From: Balanoglossus misakiensis
Lineage: Eukaryota; Animalia; Hemichordata
Reading direction: 5' to 3'
DNA: 64,000 bases
Assembly: GCA_040954595.2 (NCBI GenBank)
Contig: CM082593.2
Coordinates: 1,126,901 to 1,190,900 of the forward strand
In this document: positions 36,101 to 51,100 of the stretch, one piece after another
Layout: each line of letters starts with the position of its first letter
How positions within the stretch are numbered: the first letter of the stretch is position 1
Made by a program: the position numbers and the translations under genes
The notes under the pieces: generated by a model
The model's database searches: none
Seen by the model: the letters and a program-made list of their open reading frames with translations, nothing else
What the model was told of the DNA's origin: nothing

Positions 36101-39100
36101 AGCTCACGAAAATCATCCAGAAATGTCAATTTTTCGACTTCGCGAAATTTCAAAATTTGGTGGTTTTTGGATAAAAACCATGGGTTATAGCACATGAAAA
36201 TCATCCAGAAATGTCAATTTTTCGACTTCGCCAAATTTCAAAATTTGGTGGTTTTTGGATAAAAACCATGGGTTATAGCTCATGAAAATCATCCAGAAAT
36301 GTCAATTTTTCGACTTCGCGAAATTTCAAAATTTGGTGGTTTTTGGATAAAAACCATGGGTTATAGCTCAGGAAAATCATCCAGAAATGTCAATTTTTCG
36401 ACTTCGCGAAATTTCAAAATTTGGTGGTTTTTGGATAAAAACCATGGGTTATAGCTCAGGAAAATCATCCAGAAATGTCAATTTTTCGACTTCGCGAAAT
36501 TTCAAAATTTGGTGGTTTTTGGATAAAAACCATGGGTTATAGCTCATGAAAATCATCCAGAAATGTCAATTTTTCGACTTCGCGAAATTTCAAAATTTGG
36601 TGGTTTTTGGATAAAAACCATGGGTTATAGCTCATGAAAATCATCCAGAAATGTCAATTTTTCGACTTCGCGAAATTTCAAAATTTGGTGGTTTTTGGAT
36701 AAAAACCATGGGTTATAGCTCATGAAAATCATCCAGAAATGTCAATTTTTCGACTTCGCGAAATTTCAAAATTTGGTGGTTTTTGGATAAAAACCATGGG
36801 TTATAGCTCAGGAAAATCATCCAGAAATGTCAATTTTTCGACTTCGCGAAATTTCAAAATTTGGTGGTTTTTGGATAAAAACCATGGGTTATAGCTCAGG
36901 AAAATCATCCAGAAATGTCAATTTTTCGACTTCGCGAAATTTCAAAATTTGGTGGTTTTTGGATAAAAACCATGGGTTATAGCTCATGAAAATCATCCAG
37001 AAATGTCAATTTTTCGACTTCGCGAAATTTCAAAATTTGGTGGTTTTTGGATAAAAACCATGGGTTATAGCACATGAAAATCATCCAGAAATGTCAATTT
37101 TTCGACTTCGCGAAATTTCAAAATTTGGTGGTTTTTGGATAAAAACCATGGGTTATAGCACATGAAAATCATCCAGAAATGTCAATTTTTCGACTTCGCG
37201 AAATTTCAAAATTTGGTGGTTTTTGGATAAAAACCATGGGTTATAGCTCATGAAAATCATCCAGAAAAGTCAATTTTTCGACTTCGCGAAATTTCAAAAT
37301 TTGGTGGTTTTTGGATAAAAACCATGGGTTATAGCTCATGAAAATCATCCAGAAAAGTCAATTTTTCGACTTCGCGAAATTTCAAAATTTGGTGGTTTTT
37401 GGATAAAAACCATGGGTTATAGCTCATGAAAATCATCCAGAAAAGTCAATTTTTCGACTTCGCGAAATTTCAAAATTTGGTGGTTTTTGGATAAAAACCA
37501 TGGGTTATAGCTCATGAAAATCATCCAGAAATGTCAATTTTTCGACTTCGCGAAATTTCAAAATTTGGTGGTTTTTGGATAAAAACCATGGGTTATAGCT
37601 CATGAAAATCATCCAGAAATGTCAATTTTTCGACTTCGCGAAATTTCAAAATTTGGTGGTTTTTGGATAAAAACCATGGGTTATAGCTCAGGAAAATCAT
37701 CCAGAAATGTCAATTTTTCGACTTCGCGAAATTTCAAAATTTGGTGGTTTTTGGATAAAAACCATGGGTTATAGCTCATGAAAATCATCCAGAAATGTCA
37801 ATTTTTCGACTTCGCGAAATTTCAAAATTTGGTGGTTTTTGGATAAAAACCATGGGTTATAGCTCATGAAAATCATCCAGAAATGTCAATTTTTCGACTT
37901 CGCGAAATTTCAAAATTTGGTGGTTTTTGGATAAAAACCATGGGTTATAGCTCATGAAAATCATCCAGAAATGTCAATTTTTCGACTTCGCGAAATTTCA
38001 AAATTTGGTGGTTTTTGGATAAAAACCATGGGTTATAGCTCAGGAAAATCATCCAGAAATGTCAATTTTTCGACTTCGCGAAATTTCAAAATTTGGTGGT
38101 TTTTGGATAAAAACCATGGGTTATAGCTCAGGAAAATCATCCAGAAATGTCAATTTTTCGACTTCGCGAAATTTCAAAATTTGGTGGTTTTTGGATAAAA
38201 ACCATGGGTTATAGCTCAGGAAAATCATCCAGAAAAGTCAATTTTTCGACTTCGCGAAATTTCAAAATTTGGTGGTTTTTGGATAAAAACCATGGGTTAT
38301 AGCTCATGAAAATCATCCAGAAATGTCAATTTTTCGACTTCGCGAAATTTCAAAATTTGGTGGTTTTTGGATAAAAACCATGGGTTATAGCTCATGAAAA
38401 TCATCCAGAAATGTCAATTTTTCGACTTCGCGAAATTTCAAAATTTGGTGGTTTTTGGATAAAAACCATGGGTTATAGCACATGAAAATCATCCAGAAAT
38501 GTCAATTTTTCGACTTCGCGAAATTTCAAAATTTGGTGGTTTTTGGATAAAAACCATGGGTTATAGCTCATGAAAATCATCCAGAAATGTCAATTTTTCG
38601 ACTTCGCGAAATTTCAAAATTTGGTGGTTTTTGGATAAAAACCATGGGTTATAGTTCAGGAAAATCATCCAGAAATGTCAATTTTTCGACTTCGCGAAAT
38701 TTCAAAATTTGGTGGTTTTTGGATAAAAACCATGGGTTATAGCTCATGAAAATCATCCAGAAATGTCAATTTTTCGACTTCGCGAAATTTCAAAATTTGG
38801 TGGTTTTTGGATAAAAACCATGGGTTATAGCTCATGAAAATCATCCAGAAATGTCAATTTTTCGACTTCGCGAAATTTCAAAATTTGGTGGTTTTTGGAT
38901 AAAAACCATGGGTTATAGCTCATGAAAATCATCCAGAAATGTCAATTTTTCGACTTCGCGAAATTTCAAAATTTGGTGGTTTTTGGATAAAAACCATGGG
39001 TTATAGCTCAGGAAAATCATCCAGAAATGTCAATTTTTCGACTTCGCGAAATTTCAAAATTTGGTGGTTTTTGGATAAAAACCATGGGTTATAGCTCAGG

Positions 39101-42100
39101 AAAATCATCCAGAAAAGTCAATTTTTCGACTTCGCGAAATTTCAAAATTTGGTGGTTTTTGGATAAAAACCATGGGTTATAGCTCATGAAAATCATCCAG
39201 AAATGTCAATTTTTCGACTTCGCGAAATTTCAAAATTTGGTGGTTTTTGGATAAAAACCATGGGTTATAGCTCATGAAAATCATCCAGAAATGTCAATTT
39301 TTCGACTTCGCGAAATTTCAAAATTTGGTGGTTTTTGGATAAAAACCATGGGTTATAGCACATGAAAATCATCCAGAAATGTCAATTTTTCGACTTCGCG
39401 AAATTTCAAAATTTGGTGGTTTTTGGATAAAAACCATGGGTTATAGCACATGAAAATCATCCAGAAATGTCAATTTTTCGACTTCGCGAAATTTCAAAAT
39501 TTGGTGGTTTTTGGATAAAAACCATGGGTTATAGCTCATGAAAATCATCCAGAAAAGTCAATTTTTCGACTTCGCGAAATTTCAAAATTTGGTGGTTTTT
39601 GGATAAAAACCATGGGTTATAGCTCATGAAAATCATCCAGAAAAGTCAATTTTTCGACTTCGCGAAATTTCAAAATTTGGTGGTTTTTGGATAAAAACCA
39701 TGGGTTATAGCTCATGAAAATCATCCAGAAAAGTCAATTTTTCGACTTCGCGAAATTTCAAAATTTGGTGGTTTTTGGATAAAAACCATGGGTTATAGCT
39801 CATGAAAATCATCCAGAAAAGTCAATTTTTCGACTTCACGAAATTTCAAAATTTGGTGGTTTTTGGATAAAAACCATGGGTTATAGCTCAGGAAAATCAT
39901 CCAGAAAAGTCAATTTTTCGACTTCGCGAAATTTCAAAATTTGGTGGTTTTTGGATAAAAACCATGGGTTATAGCACATGAAAATCATCCAGAAATGTCA
40001 ATTTTTCGACTTCGCGAAATTTCAAAATTTGGTGGTTTTTGGATAAAAACCATGGGTTATAGCTCAGGAAAATCATCCAGAAATGTCAATTTTTCGACTT
40101 CGCGAAATTTCAAAATTTGGTGGTTTTTGGATAAATACCATGGGTTATAGCTCAGGAAAATCATCCAGAAAAGTCAATTTTTCGACTTCGCGAAATTTCA
40201 AAATTTGGTGGTTTTTGGATAAAAACCATGGGTTATAGCTCATGAAAATCATCCAGAAATGTCAATTTTTCGACTTCGCGAAATTTCAAAATTTGGTGGT
40301 TTTTGGATAAAAACCATGGGTTATAGCTCATGAAAATCATCCAGAAATGTCAATTTTTCGACTTCGCGAAATTTCAAAATTTGGTGGTTTTTGGATAAAA
40401 ACCATGGGTTATAGCTCATGAAAATCATCCAGAAATGTCAATTTTTCGACTTCGCGAAATTTCAAAATTTGGTGGTTTTTAGGATAAAAACCATGGGTTA
40501 TAGCTCAGGAAAATCATCCAGAAATGTCAATTTTTCGACTTCGCGAAATTTCAAAATTTGGTGGTTTTTGGATAAAAACCATGGGTTATAGCTCAGGAAA
40601 ATCATCCAGAAAAGTCAATTTTTCGACTTCGCGAAATTTCAAAATTTGGTGGTTTTTGGATAAAAACCATGGGTTATAGCTCATGAAAATCATCCAGAAA
40701 TGTCAATTTTTCGACTTCGCGAAATTTCAAAATTTGGTGGTTTTTGGATAAAAACCATGGGTTATAGCACATGAAAATCATCCAGAAATGTCAATTTTTC
40801 GACTTCGCGAAATTTCAAAATTTGGTGGTTTTTGGATAAAAACCATGGGTTATAGCACATGAAAATCATCCAGAAATGTCAATTTTTCGACTTCGCGAAA
40901 TTTCAAAATTTGGTGGTTTTTGGATAAAAACCATGGGTTATAGCTCATGAAAATCATCCAGAAAAGTCAATTTTTCGACTTCGCGAAATTTCAAAATTTG
41001 GTGGTTTTTGGATAAAAACCATGGGTTATAGCTCAGGAAAATCATCCAGAAATGTCAATTTTTCGACTTCGCGAAATTTCAAAATTTGGTGGTTTTTGGA
41101 TAAAAACCATGGGTTATAGCTCAGGAAAATCATCCAGAAAAGTCAATTTTTCGACTTCGCGAAATTTCAAAATTTGGTGGTTTTTGGATAAAAACCATGG
41201 GTTATAGCTCATGAAAATCATCCAGAAATGTCAATTTTTCGACTTCGCGAAATTTCAAAATTTGGTGGTTTTTGGATAAAAACCATGGGTTATAGCACAT
41301 GAAAATCATCCAGAAATGTCAATTTTTCGACTTCGCGAAATTTCAAAATTTGTTGGTTTTTGGATAAAAACCATGGGTTATAGATCACGAAAATCATCCA
41401 AAAATGTCAATTTTTCGACTTCGCGAAATTTCAAAATTTGGTGGTTTTTGGATAAAAACCATGGGTTATAGCTCACGAAAATCATCCAGAAATGTCAATT
41501 TTTCGACTTCGCGAAATTTCAAAATTTGGTGGTTTTTGGATAAAAACCATGGGTTATAGCACATGAAAATCATCCAGAAATGTCAATTTTTCGACTTCGC
41601 CAAATTTCAAAATTTGGTGGTTTTTGGATAAAAACCATGGGTTATAGCTCATGAAAATCATCCAGAAATGTCAATTTTTCGACTTCGCGAAATTTCAAAA
41701 TTTGGTGGTTTTTGGATAAAAACCATGGGTTATAGCTCATGAAAATCATCCAGAAATGTCAATTTTTCGACTTCGCCAAATTTCAAAATTTGGTGGTTTT
41801 TGGATAAAAACCATGGGTTATAGCTCATGAAAATCATCCAGAAATGTCAATTTTTCGACTTCGCGAAATTTCAAAATTTGGTGGTTTTTGGATAAAAACC
41901 ATGGGTTATAGCTCATGAAAATCATCCAGAAATGTCAATTTTTCGACTTCGCGAAATTTCAAAATTTGGTGGTTTTTGGATAAAAACCATGGGTTATAGC
42001 TCAGGAAAATCATCCAGAAATGTCAATTTTTCGACTTCGCGAAATTTCAAAATTTGGTGGTTTTTGGATAAAAACCATGGGTTATAGCTCATGAAAATCA

Positions 42101-45100
42101 TCCAGAAATGTCAATTTTTCGACTTCGCGAAATTTCAAAATTTGGTGGTTTTTGGATAAAAACCATGGGTTATAGCTCATGAAAATCATCCAGAAATGTC
42201 AATTTTTCGACTTCGCGAAATTTCAAAATTTGGTGGTTTTTGGATAAAAACCATGGGTTATAGCTCATGAAAATCATCCAGAAATGTCAATTTTTCGACT
42301 TCGCGAAATTTCAAAATTTGGTGGTTTTTGGATAAAAACCATGGGTTATAGCTCATGAAAATCATCCAGAAATGTCAATTTTTCGACTTCGCGAAATTTC
42401 AAAATTTGGTGGTTTTTGGATAAAAACCATGGGTTATAGCTCAGGAAAATCATCCAGAAATGTCAATTTTTCGACTTCGCGAAATTTCAAAATTTGGTGG
42501 TTTTTGGATAAAAACCATGGGTTATAGCTCAGGAAAATCATCCAGAAAAGTCAATTTTTCGACTTCGCGAAATTTCAAAATTTGGTGGTTTTTGGATAAA
42601 AACCATGGGTTATAGCTCATGAAAATCATCCAGAAATGTCAATTTTTCGACTTCGCGAAATTTCAAAATTTGGTGGTTTTTGGATAAAAACCATGGGTTA
42701 TAGCTCATGAAAATCATCCAGAAATGTCAATTTTTCGACTTCGCGAAATTTCAAAATTTGGTGGTTTTTGGATAAAAACCATGGGTTATAGCACATGAAA
42801 ATCATCCAGAAATGTCAATTTTTCGACTTCGCGAAATTTCAAAATTTGGTGGTTTTTGGATAAAAACCATGGGTTATAGCTCATGAAAATCATCCAGAAA
42901 AGTCAATTTTTCGACTTCGCGAAATTTCAAAATTTGGTGGTTTTTGGATAAAAACCATGGGTTATAGCTCAGGAAAATCATCCAGAAATGTCAATTTTTC
43001 GACTTCGCGAAATTTCAAAATTTGGTGGTTTTTGGATAAAAACCATGGGTTATAGCTCAGGAAAATCATCCAGAAAAGTCAATTTTTCGACTTCGCGAAA
43101 TTTCAAAATTTGGTGGTTTTTGGATAAAAACCATGGGTTATAGCTCATGAAAATCATCCAGAAATGTCAATTTTTCGACTTCGCGAAATTTCAAAATTTG
43201 GTGGTTTTTGGATAAAAACCATGGGTTATAGCACATGAAAATCATCCAGAAATGTCAATTTTTCGACTTCGCGAAATTTCAAAATTTGGTGGTTTTTGGA
43301 TAAAAACCATGGGTTATAGATCACGAAAATCATCCAAAAATGTCAATTTTTCGACTTCGCGAAATTTCAAAATTTGGTGGTTTTTGGATAAAAACCATGG
43401 GTTATAGCTCACGAAAATCATCCAGAAATGTCAATTTTTCGACTTCGCGAAATTTCAAAATTTGGTGGTTTTTGGATAAAAACCATGGGTTATAGCACAT
43501 GAAAATCATCCAGAAATGTCAATTTTTCGACTTCGCCAAATTTCAAAATTTGGTGGTTTTTGGATAAAAACCATGGGTTATAGCTCATGAAAATCATCCA
43601 GAAATGTCAATTTTTCGACTTCGCGAAATTTCAAAATTTGGTGGTTTTTGGATAAAAACCATGGGTTATAGCTCATGAAAATCATCCAGAAATGTCAATT
43701 TTTCGACTTCGCGAAATTTCAAAATTTGGTGGTTTTTGGATAAAAACCATGGGTTATAGCTCAGGAAAATCATCCAGAAATGTCAATTTTTCGACTTCGC
43801 GAAATTTCAAAATTTGGTGGTTTTTGGATAAAAACCATGGGTTATAGCTCATGAAAATCATCCAGAAATGTCAATTTTTCGACTTCGCGAAATTTCAAAA
43901 TTTGGTGGTTTTTGGATAAAAACCATGGGTTATAGCTCATGAAAATCATCCAGAAATGTCAATTTTTCGACTTCGCGAAATTTCAAAATTTGGTGGTTTT
44001 TGGATAAAAACCATGGGTTATAGCTCATGAAAATCATCCAGAAATGTCAATTTTTCGACTTCGCGAAATTTCAAAATTTGGTGGTTTTTGGATAAAAACC
44101 ATGGGTTATAGCTCATGAAAATCATCCAGAAATGTCAATTTTTCGACTTCGCGAAATTTCAAAATTTGGTGGTTTTTGGATAAAAACCATGGGTTATAGC
44201 TCAGGAAAATCATCCAGAAATGTCAATTTTTCGACTTCGCGAAATTTCAAAATTTGGTGGTTTTTGGATAAAAACCATGGGTTATAGCTCAGGAAAATCA
44301 TCCAGAAAAGTCAATTTTTCGACTTCGCGAAATTTCAAAATTTGGTGGTTTTTGGATAAAAACCATGGGTTATAGCTCATGAAAATCATCCAGAAATGTC
44401 AATTTTTCGACTTCGCGAAATTTCAAAATTTGGTGGTTTTTGGATAAAAACCATGGGTTATAGCTCATGAAAATCATCCAGAAATGTCAATTTTTCGACT
44501 TCGCGAAATTTCAAAATTTGGTGGTTTTTGGATAAAAACCATGGGTTATAGCACATGAAAATCATCCAGAAATGTCAATTTTTCGACTTCGCGAAATTTC
44601 AAAATTTGGTGGTTTTTGGATAAAAACCATGGGTTATAGCACATGAAAATCATCCAGAAATGTCAATTTTTCGACTTCGCGAAATTTCAAAATTTGGTGG
44701 TTTTTGGATAAAAACCATGGGTTATAGCTCATGAAAATCATCCAGAAAAGTCAATTTTTCGTCTTCGCGAAATTTCAAAATTTGGTGGTTTTTGGATAAA
44801 AACCATGGGTTATAGCTCATGAAAATCATCCAGAAAAGTCAATTTTTCGACTTCGCGAAATTTCAAAATTTGGTGGTTTTTGGATAAAAACCATGGGTTA
44901 TAGCTCATGAAAATCATCCAGAAAAGTCAATTTTTCGACTTCGCGAAATTTCAAAATTTGGTGGTTTTTGGATAAGAACCATGGGTTATAGCTCACGAAA
45001 ATCATCCAAAAATGTCAATTTTTCGACTTCGCGAAATTTCAAAATTTGGTGGTTTTTGGATAAAAACCATGGGTTATAGCTCACGAAAATCATCCAGAAA

Positions 45101-48100
45101 TGTCAATTTTTCGACTTCGCGAAATTTCAAAATTTGGTGGTTTTTGGATAAAAACCATGGGTTATAGCACATGAAAATCATCCAGAAATGTCAATTTTTC
45201 GACTTCGCCAAATTTCAAAATTTGGTGGTTTTTGGATAAAAACCATGGGTTATAGCTCATGAAAATCATCCAGAAATGTCAATTTTTCGACTTCGCGAAA
45301 TTTCAAAATTTGGTGGTTTTTGGATAAAAACCATGGGTTATAGCTCATGAAAATCATCCAGAAAAGTCAATTTTTCGACTTCGCGAAATTTCAAAATTTG
45401 GTGGTTTTTGGATAAAAACCATGGGTTATAGCTCAGGAAAATCATCCAAAAATGTCAATTTTTCGACTTCGCGAAATTTCAAAATTTGGTGGTTTTGGGA
45501 TAAAAACCATGGGTTATAGCTCACGAAAATCATCCAGAAATGTCAATTTTTCGACTTCGCGAAATTTCAAAATTTGGTGGTTTTTGGATAAAAACCATGG
45601 GTTATAGCAGATGAAAATCATCCAGAAATGTCAATTTTTCGACTTCGCCAAATTTCAAAATTTGGTGGTTTTTGGATAAAAACCATGGGTTATAGCTCAT
45701 GAAAATCATCCAGAAATGTCAATTTTTCGACTTCGCGAAATTTCAAAATTTGGTGGTTTTTGGATAAAAACCATGGGTTATAGCTCATGAAAATCATCCA
45801 GAAATGTCAATTTTTCGACTTCGCGAAATTTCAAAATTTGGTGGTTTTTGGATAAAAACCATGGGTTATAGCTCATGAAAATCATCCAGAAATGTCAATT
45901 TTTCGACTTCGCGAAATTTCAAAATTTGGTGGTTTTTGGATAAAAACCATGGGTTATAGCTCAGGAAAATCATCCAGAAATGTCAATTTTTCGACTTCGC
46001 GAAATTTCAAAATTTGGTGGTTTTTGGATAAAAACCATGGGTTATAGCACATGAAAATCATCCAGAAATGTCAATTTTTCGACTTCGCGAAATTTCAAAA
46101 TTTGGTGGTTTTTGGATAAAAACCATGGGTTATAGCACATGAAAATCATCCAGAAATGTCAATTTTTCGACTTCGCGAAATTTCAAAATTTGGTGGTTTT
46201 TGGATAAAAACCATGGGTTATAGCTCATGAAAATCATCCAGAAAAGTCAATTTTTCGACTTCGCGAAATTTCAAAATTTGGTGGTTTTTGGATAAAAACC
46301 ATGGGTTATAGCTCAGGAAAATCATCCAGAAATGTCAATTTTTCGACTTCGCGAAATTTCAAAATTTGGTGGTTTTTGGATAAAAACCATGGGTTATAGC
46401 TCATGAAAATCATCCAGAAATGTCAATTTTTCGACTTCGCGAAATTTCAAAATTTGGTGGTTTTTGGATAAAAACCATGGGTTATAGCACATGAAAATCA
46501 TCCAGAAATGTCAATTTTTCGACTTCGCGAAATTTCAAAATTTGGTGGTTTTTGGATAAAAACCATGGGTTATAGATCACGAAAATCATCCAAAAATGTC
46601 AATTTTTCGACTTCGCGAAATTTCAAAATTTGGTGGTTTTTGGATAAAAACCATGGGTTATAGCTCACGAAAATCATCCAGAAATGTCAATTTTTCGACT
46701 TCGCGAAATTTCAAAATTTGGTGGTTTTTGGATAAAAACCATGGGTTATAGCACATGAAAATCATCCAGAAATGTCAATTTTTCGACTTCGCCAAATTTC
46801 AAAATTTGGTGGTTTTTGGATAAAAACCATGGGTTATAGCTCATGAAAATCATCCAGAAATGTCAATTTTTCGACTTCGCGAAATTTCAAAATTTGGTGG
46901 TTTTTGGATAAAAACCATGGGTTATAGCTCATGAAAATCATCCAGAAATGTCAATTTTTCGACTTCGCGAAATTTCAAAATTTGGTGGTTTTTGGATAAA
47001 AACCATGGGTTATAGCTCAGGAAAATCATCCAGAAATGTCAATTTTTCGACTTCGCGAAATTTCAAAATTTGGTGGTTTTTGGATAAAAACCATGGGTTA
47101 TAGCTCATGAAAATCATCCAGAAATGTCAATTTTTCGACTTCGCGAAATTTCAAAATTTGGTGGTTTTTGGATAAAAACCATGGGTTATAGCTCATGAAA
47201 ATCATCCAGAAATGTCAATTTTTCGACTTCGCGAAATTTCAAAATTTGGTGGTTTTTGGATAAAAACCATGGGTTATAGCTCATGAAAATCATCCAGAAA
47301 TGTCAATTTTTCGACTTCGCGAAATTTCAAAATTTGGTGGTTTTTGGATAAAAACCATGGGTTATAGCTCATGAAAATCATCCAGAAATGTCAATTTTTC
47401 GACTTTGCGGAATTTGAAAATTTGGCCGATTTTTGAAAAAACCATGGGTTATAGCTCATGAAAATCATCCAGAAAAGTCAATTTTTCGACTTCGCGAAAT
47501 TTCAAAATTTGGTGGTTTTTGGATAAAAACCATGGGTTATAGCTCAGGAAAATCATCCAGAAATGTCAATTTTTCGACTTCGCGAAATTTCAAAATTTGG
47601 TGGTTTTTGGATAAAAACCATGGGTTATAGCTCAGGAAAATCATCCAGAAAAGTCAATTTTTCGACTTCGCGAAATTTCAAAATTTGGTGGTTTTTGGAT
47701 AAAAACCATGGGTTATAGCTCATGAAAATCATCCAGAAATGTCAATTTTTCGACTTCGCGAAATTTCAAAATTTGGTGGTTTTTGGATAAAAACCATGGG
47801 TTATAGCTCATGAAAATCATCCAGAAATGTCAATTTTTCGACTTCGCGAAATTTCAAAATTTGGTGGTTTTTGGATAAAAACCATGGGTTATAGCACATG
47901 AAAATCATCCAGAAATGTCAATTTTTCGACTTCGCGAAATTTCAAAATTTGGTGGTTTTTGGATAAAAACCATGGGTTATAGCTCATGAAAATCATCCAG
48001 AAAAGTCAATTTTTCGACTTCGCGAAATTTCAAAATTTGGTGGTTTTTGGATAAAAACCATGGGTTATAGCTCATGAAAATCATCCAGAAAAGTCAATTT

Positions 48101-51100
48101 TTCGACTTCGCGAAATTTCAAAATTTGGTGGTTTTTGGATAAAAACCATGGGTTATAGCTCATGAAAATCATCCAGAAAAGTCAATTTTTCGACTTCGCG
48201 AAATTTCAAAATTTGGTGGTTTTTGGATAAAAACCATGGGTTATAGCTCAGGAAAATCATCCAAAAATGTCAATTTTTCGACTTCGCGAAATTTCAAAAT
48301 TTGGTGGTTTTTGGATAAAAACCATGGGTTATAGCTCACGAAAATCATCCAGAAATGTCAATTTTTCGACTTCGCGAAATTTCAAAATTTGGTGGTTTTT
48401 GGATAAAAACCATGGGTTATAGCACATGAAAATCATCCAGAAATGTCAATTTTTCGACTTCGCCAAATTTCAAAATTTGGTGGTTTTTGGATAAAAACCA
48501 TGGGTTATAGCTCATGAAAATCATCCAGAAATGTCAATTTTTCGACTTCGCGAAATTTCAAAATTTGGTGGTTTTTGGATAAAAACCATGGGTTATAGCT
48601 CATGAAAATCATCCAGAAATGTCAATTTTTCGACTTCGCGAAATTTCAAAATTTGGTGGTTTTTGGATAAAAACCATGGGTTATAGCTCAGGAAAATCAT
48701 CCAGAAATGTCAATTTTTCGACTTCGCGAAATTTCAAAATTTGGTGGTTTTTGGATAAAAACCATGGGTTATAGCACATGAAAATCATCCAGAAATGTCA
48801 ATTTTTCGACTTCGCGAAATTTCAAAATTTGGTGGTTTTTGGATAAAAAACCATGGGTTATAGATCACGAAAATCATCCAAAAATGTCAATTTTTCGACT
48901 TCGCGAAATTTCAAAATTTGGTGGTTTTTGGATAAAAACCATGGGTTATAGCTCATGAAAATCATCCAGAAATGTCAATTTTTCGACTTCGCGAAATTTC
49001 AAAATTTGGTGGTTTTTGGATAAAAACCATGGGTTATAGCACATGAAAATCATCCAGAAATGTCAATTTTTCGACTTCGCCAAATTTCAAAATTTGGTGG
49101 TTTTTGGATAAAAACCATGGGTTATAGCTCATGAAAATCATCCAGAAATGTCAATTTTTCGACTTCGCGAAATTTCAAAATTTGGTGGTTTTTGGATAAA
49201 AACCATGGGTTATAGCTCATGAAAATCATCCAGAAATGTCAATTTTTCGACTTCGCGAAATTTCAAAATTTGGTGGTTTTTGGATAAAAACCATGGGTTA
49301 TAGCTCAGGAAAATCATCCAGAAATGTCAATTTTTCGACTTCGCGAAATTTCAAAATTTGGTGGTTTTTGGATAAAAACCATGGGTTATAGCTCATGAAA
49401 ATCATCCAGAAATGTCAATTTTTCGACTTCGCGAAATTTCAAAATTTGGTGGTTTTTGGATAAAAACCATGGGTTATAGCTCATGAAAATCATCCAGAAA
49501 TGTCAATTTTTCGACTTCGCGAAATTTCAAAATTTGGTGGTTTTTGGATAAAAACCATGGGTTATAGCTCATGAAAATCATCCAGAAATGTCAATTTTTC
49601 GACTTCGCGAAATTTCAAAATTTGGTGGTTTTTGGATAAAAACCATGGGTTATAGCTCATGAAAATCATCCAGAAATGTCAATTTTTCGACTTCGCGAAA
49701 TTTCAAAATTTGGTGGTTTTTGGATAAAAACCATGGGTTATAGCTCAGGAAAATCATCCAGAAATGTCAATTTTTCGACTTCGCGAAATTTCAAAATTTG
49801 GTGGTTTTTGGATAAAAACCATGGGTTATAGCTCAGGAAAATCATCCAGAAAAGTCAATTTTTCGACTTCGCGAAATTTCAAAATTTGGTGGTTTTTGGA
49901 TAAAAACCATGGGTTATAGCTCATGAAAATCATCCAGAAATGTCAATTTTTCGACTTCGCGAAATTTCAAAATTTGGTGGTTTTTGGATAAAAACCATGG
50001 GTTATAGCTCATGAAAATCATCCAGAAATGTCAATTTTTCGACTTCGCGAAATTTCAAAATTTGGTGGTTTTTGGATAAAAACCATGGGTTATAGCACAT
50101 GAAAATCATCCAGAAATGTCAATTTTTCGACTTCGCGAAATTTCAAAATTTGGTGGTTTTTGGATAAAAACCATGGGTTATAGCACATGAAAATCATCCA
50201 GAAATGTCAATTTTTCGACTTCGCGAAATTTCAAAATTTGGTGGTTTTTGGATAAAAACCATGGGTTATAGCTCATGAAAATCATCCAGAAAAGTCAATT
50301 TTTCGACTTCGCGAAATTTCAAAATTTGGTGGTTTTTGGATAAAAACCATGGGTTATAGCTCATGAAAATCATCCAGAAAAGTCAATTTTTCGACTTCGC
50401 GAAATTTCAAAATTTGGTGGTTTTTGGATAAAAACCATGGGTTATAGCTCATGAAAATCATCCAGAAAAGTCAATTTTTCGACTTCGCGAAATTTCAAAA
50501 TTTGGTGGTTTTTGGATAAAAACCATGGGTTATAGCTCAGGAAAATCATCCAAAAATGTCAATTTTTCGACTTCGCGAAATTTCAAAATTTGGTGGTTTT
50601 TGGATAAAAACCATGGGTTATAGCTCACGAAAATCATCCAGAAATGTCAATTTTTCGACTTCGCGAAATTTCAAAATTTGGTGGTTTTTGGATAAAAACC
50701 ATGGGTTATAGCACATGAAAATCATCCAGAAATGTCAATTTTTCGACTTCGCCAAATTTCAAAATTTGGTGGTTTTTGGATAAAAACCATGGGTTATAGC
50801 TCATGAAAATCATCCAGAAATGTCAATTTTTCGACTTCGCGAAATTTCAAAATTTGGTGGTTTTTGGATAAAAACCATGGGTTATAGCTCATGAAAATCA
50901 TCCAGAAATGTCAATTTTTCGACTTCGCGAAATTTCAAAATTTGGTGGTTTTTGGATAAAAACCATGGGTTATAGCTCAGGAAAATCATCCAGAAATGTC
51001 AATTTTTCGACTTCGCGAAATTTCAAAATTTGGTGGTTTTTGGATAAAAACCATGGGTTATAGCTCATGAAAATCATCCAGAAATGTCAATTTTTCGACT

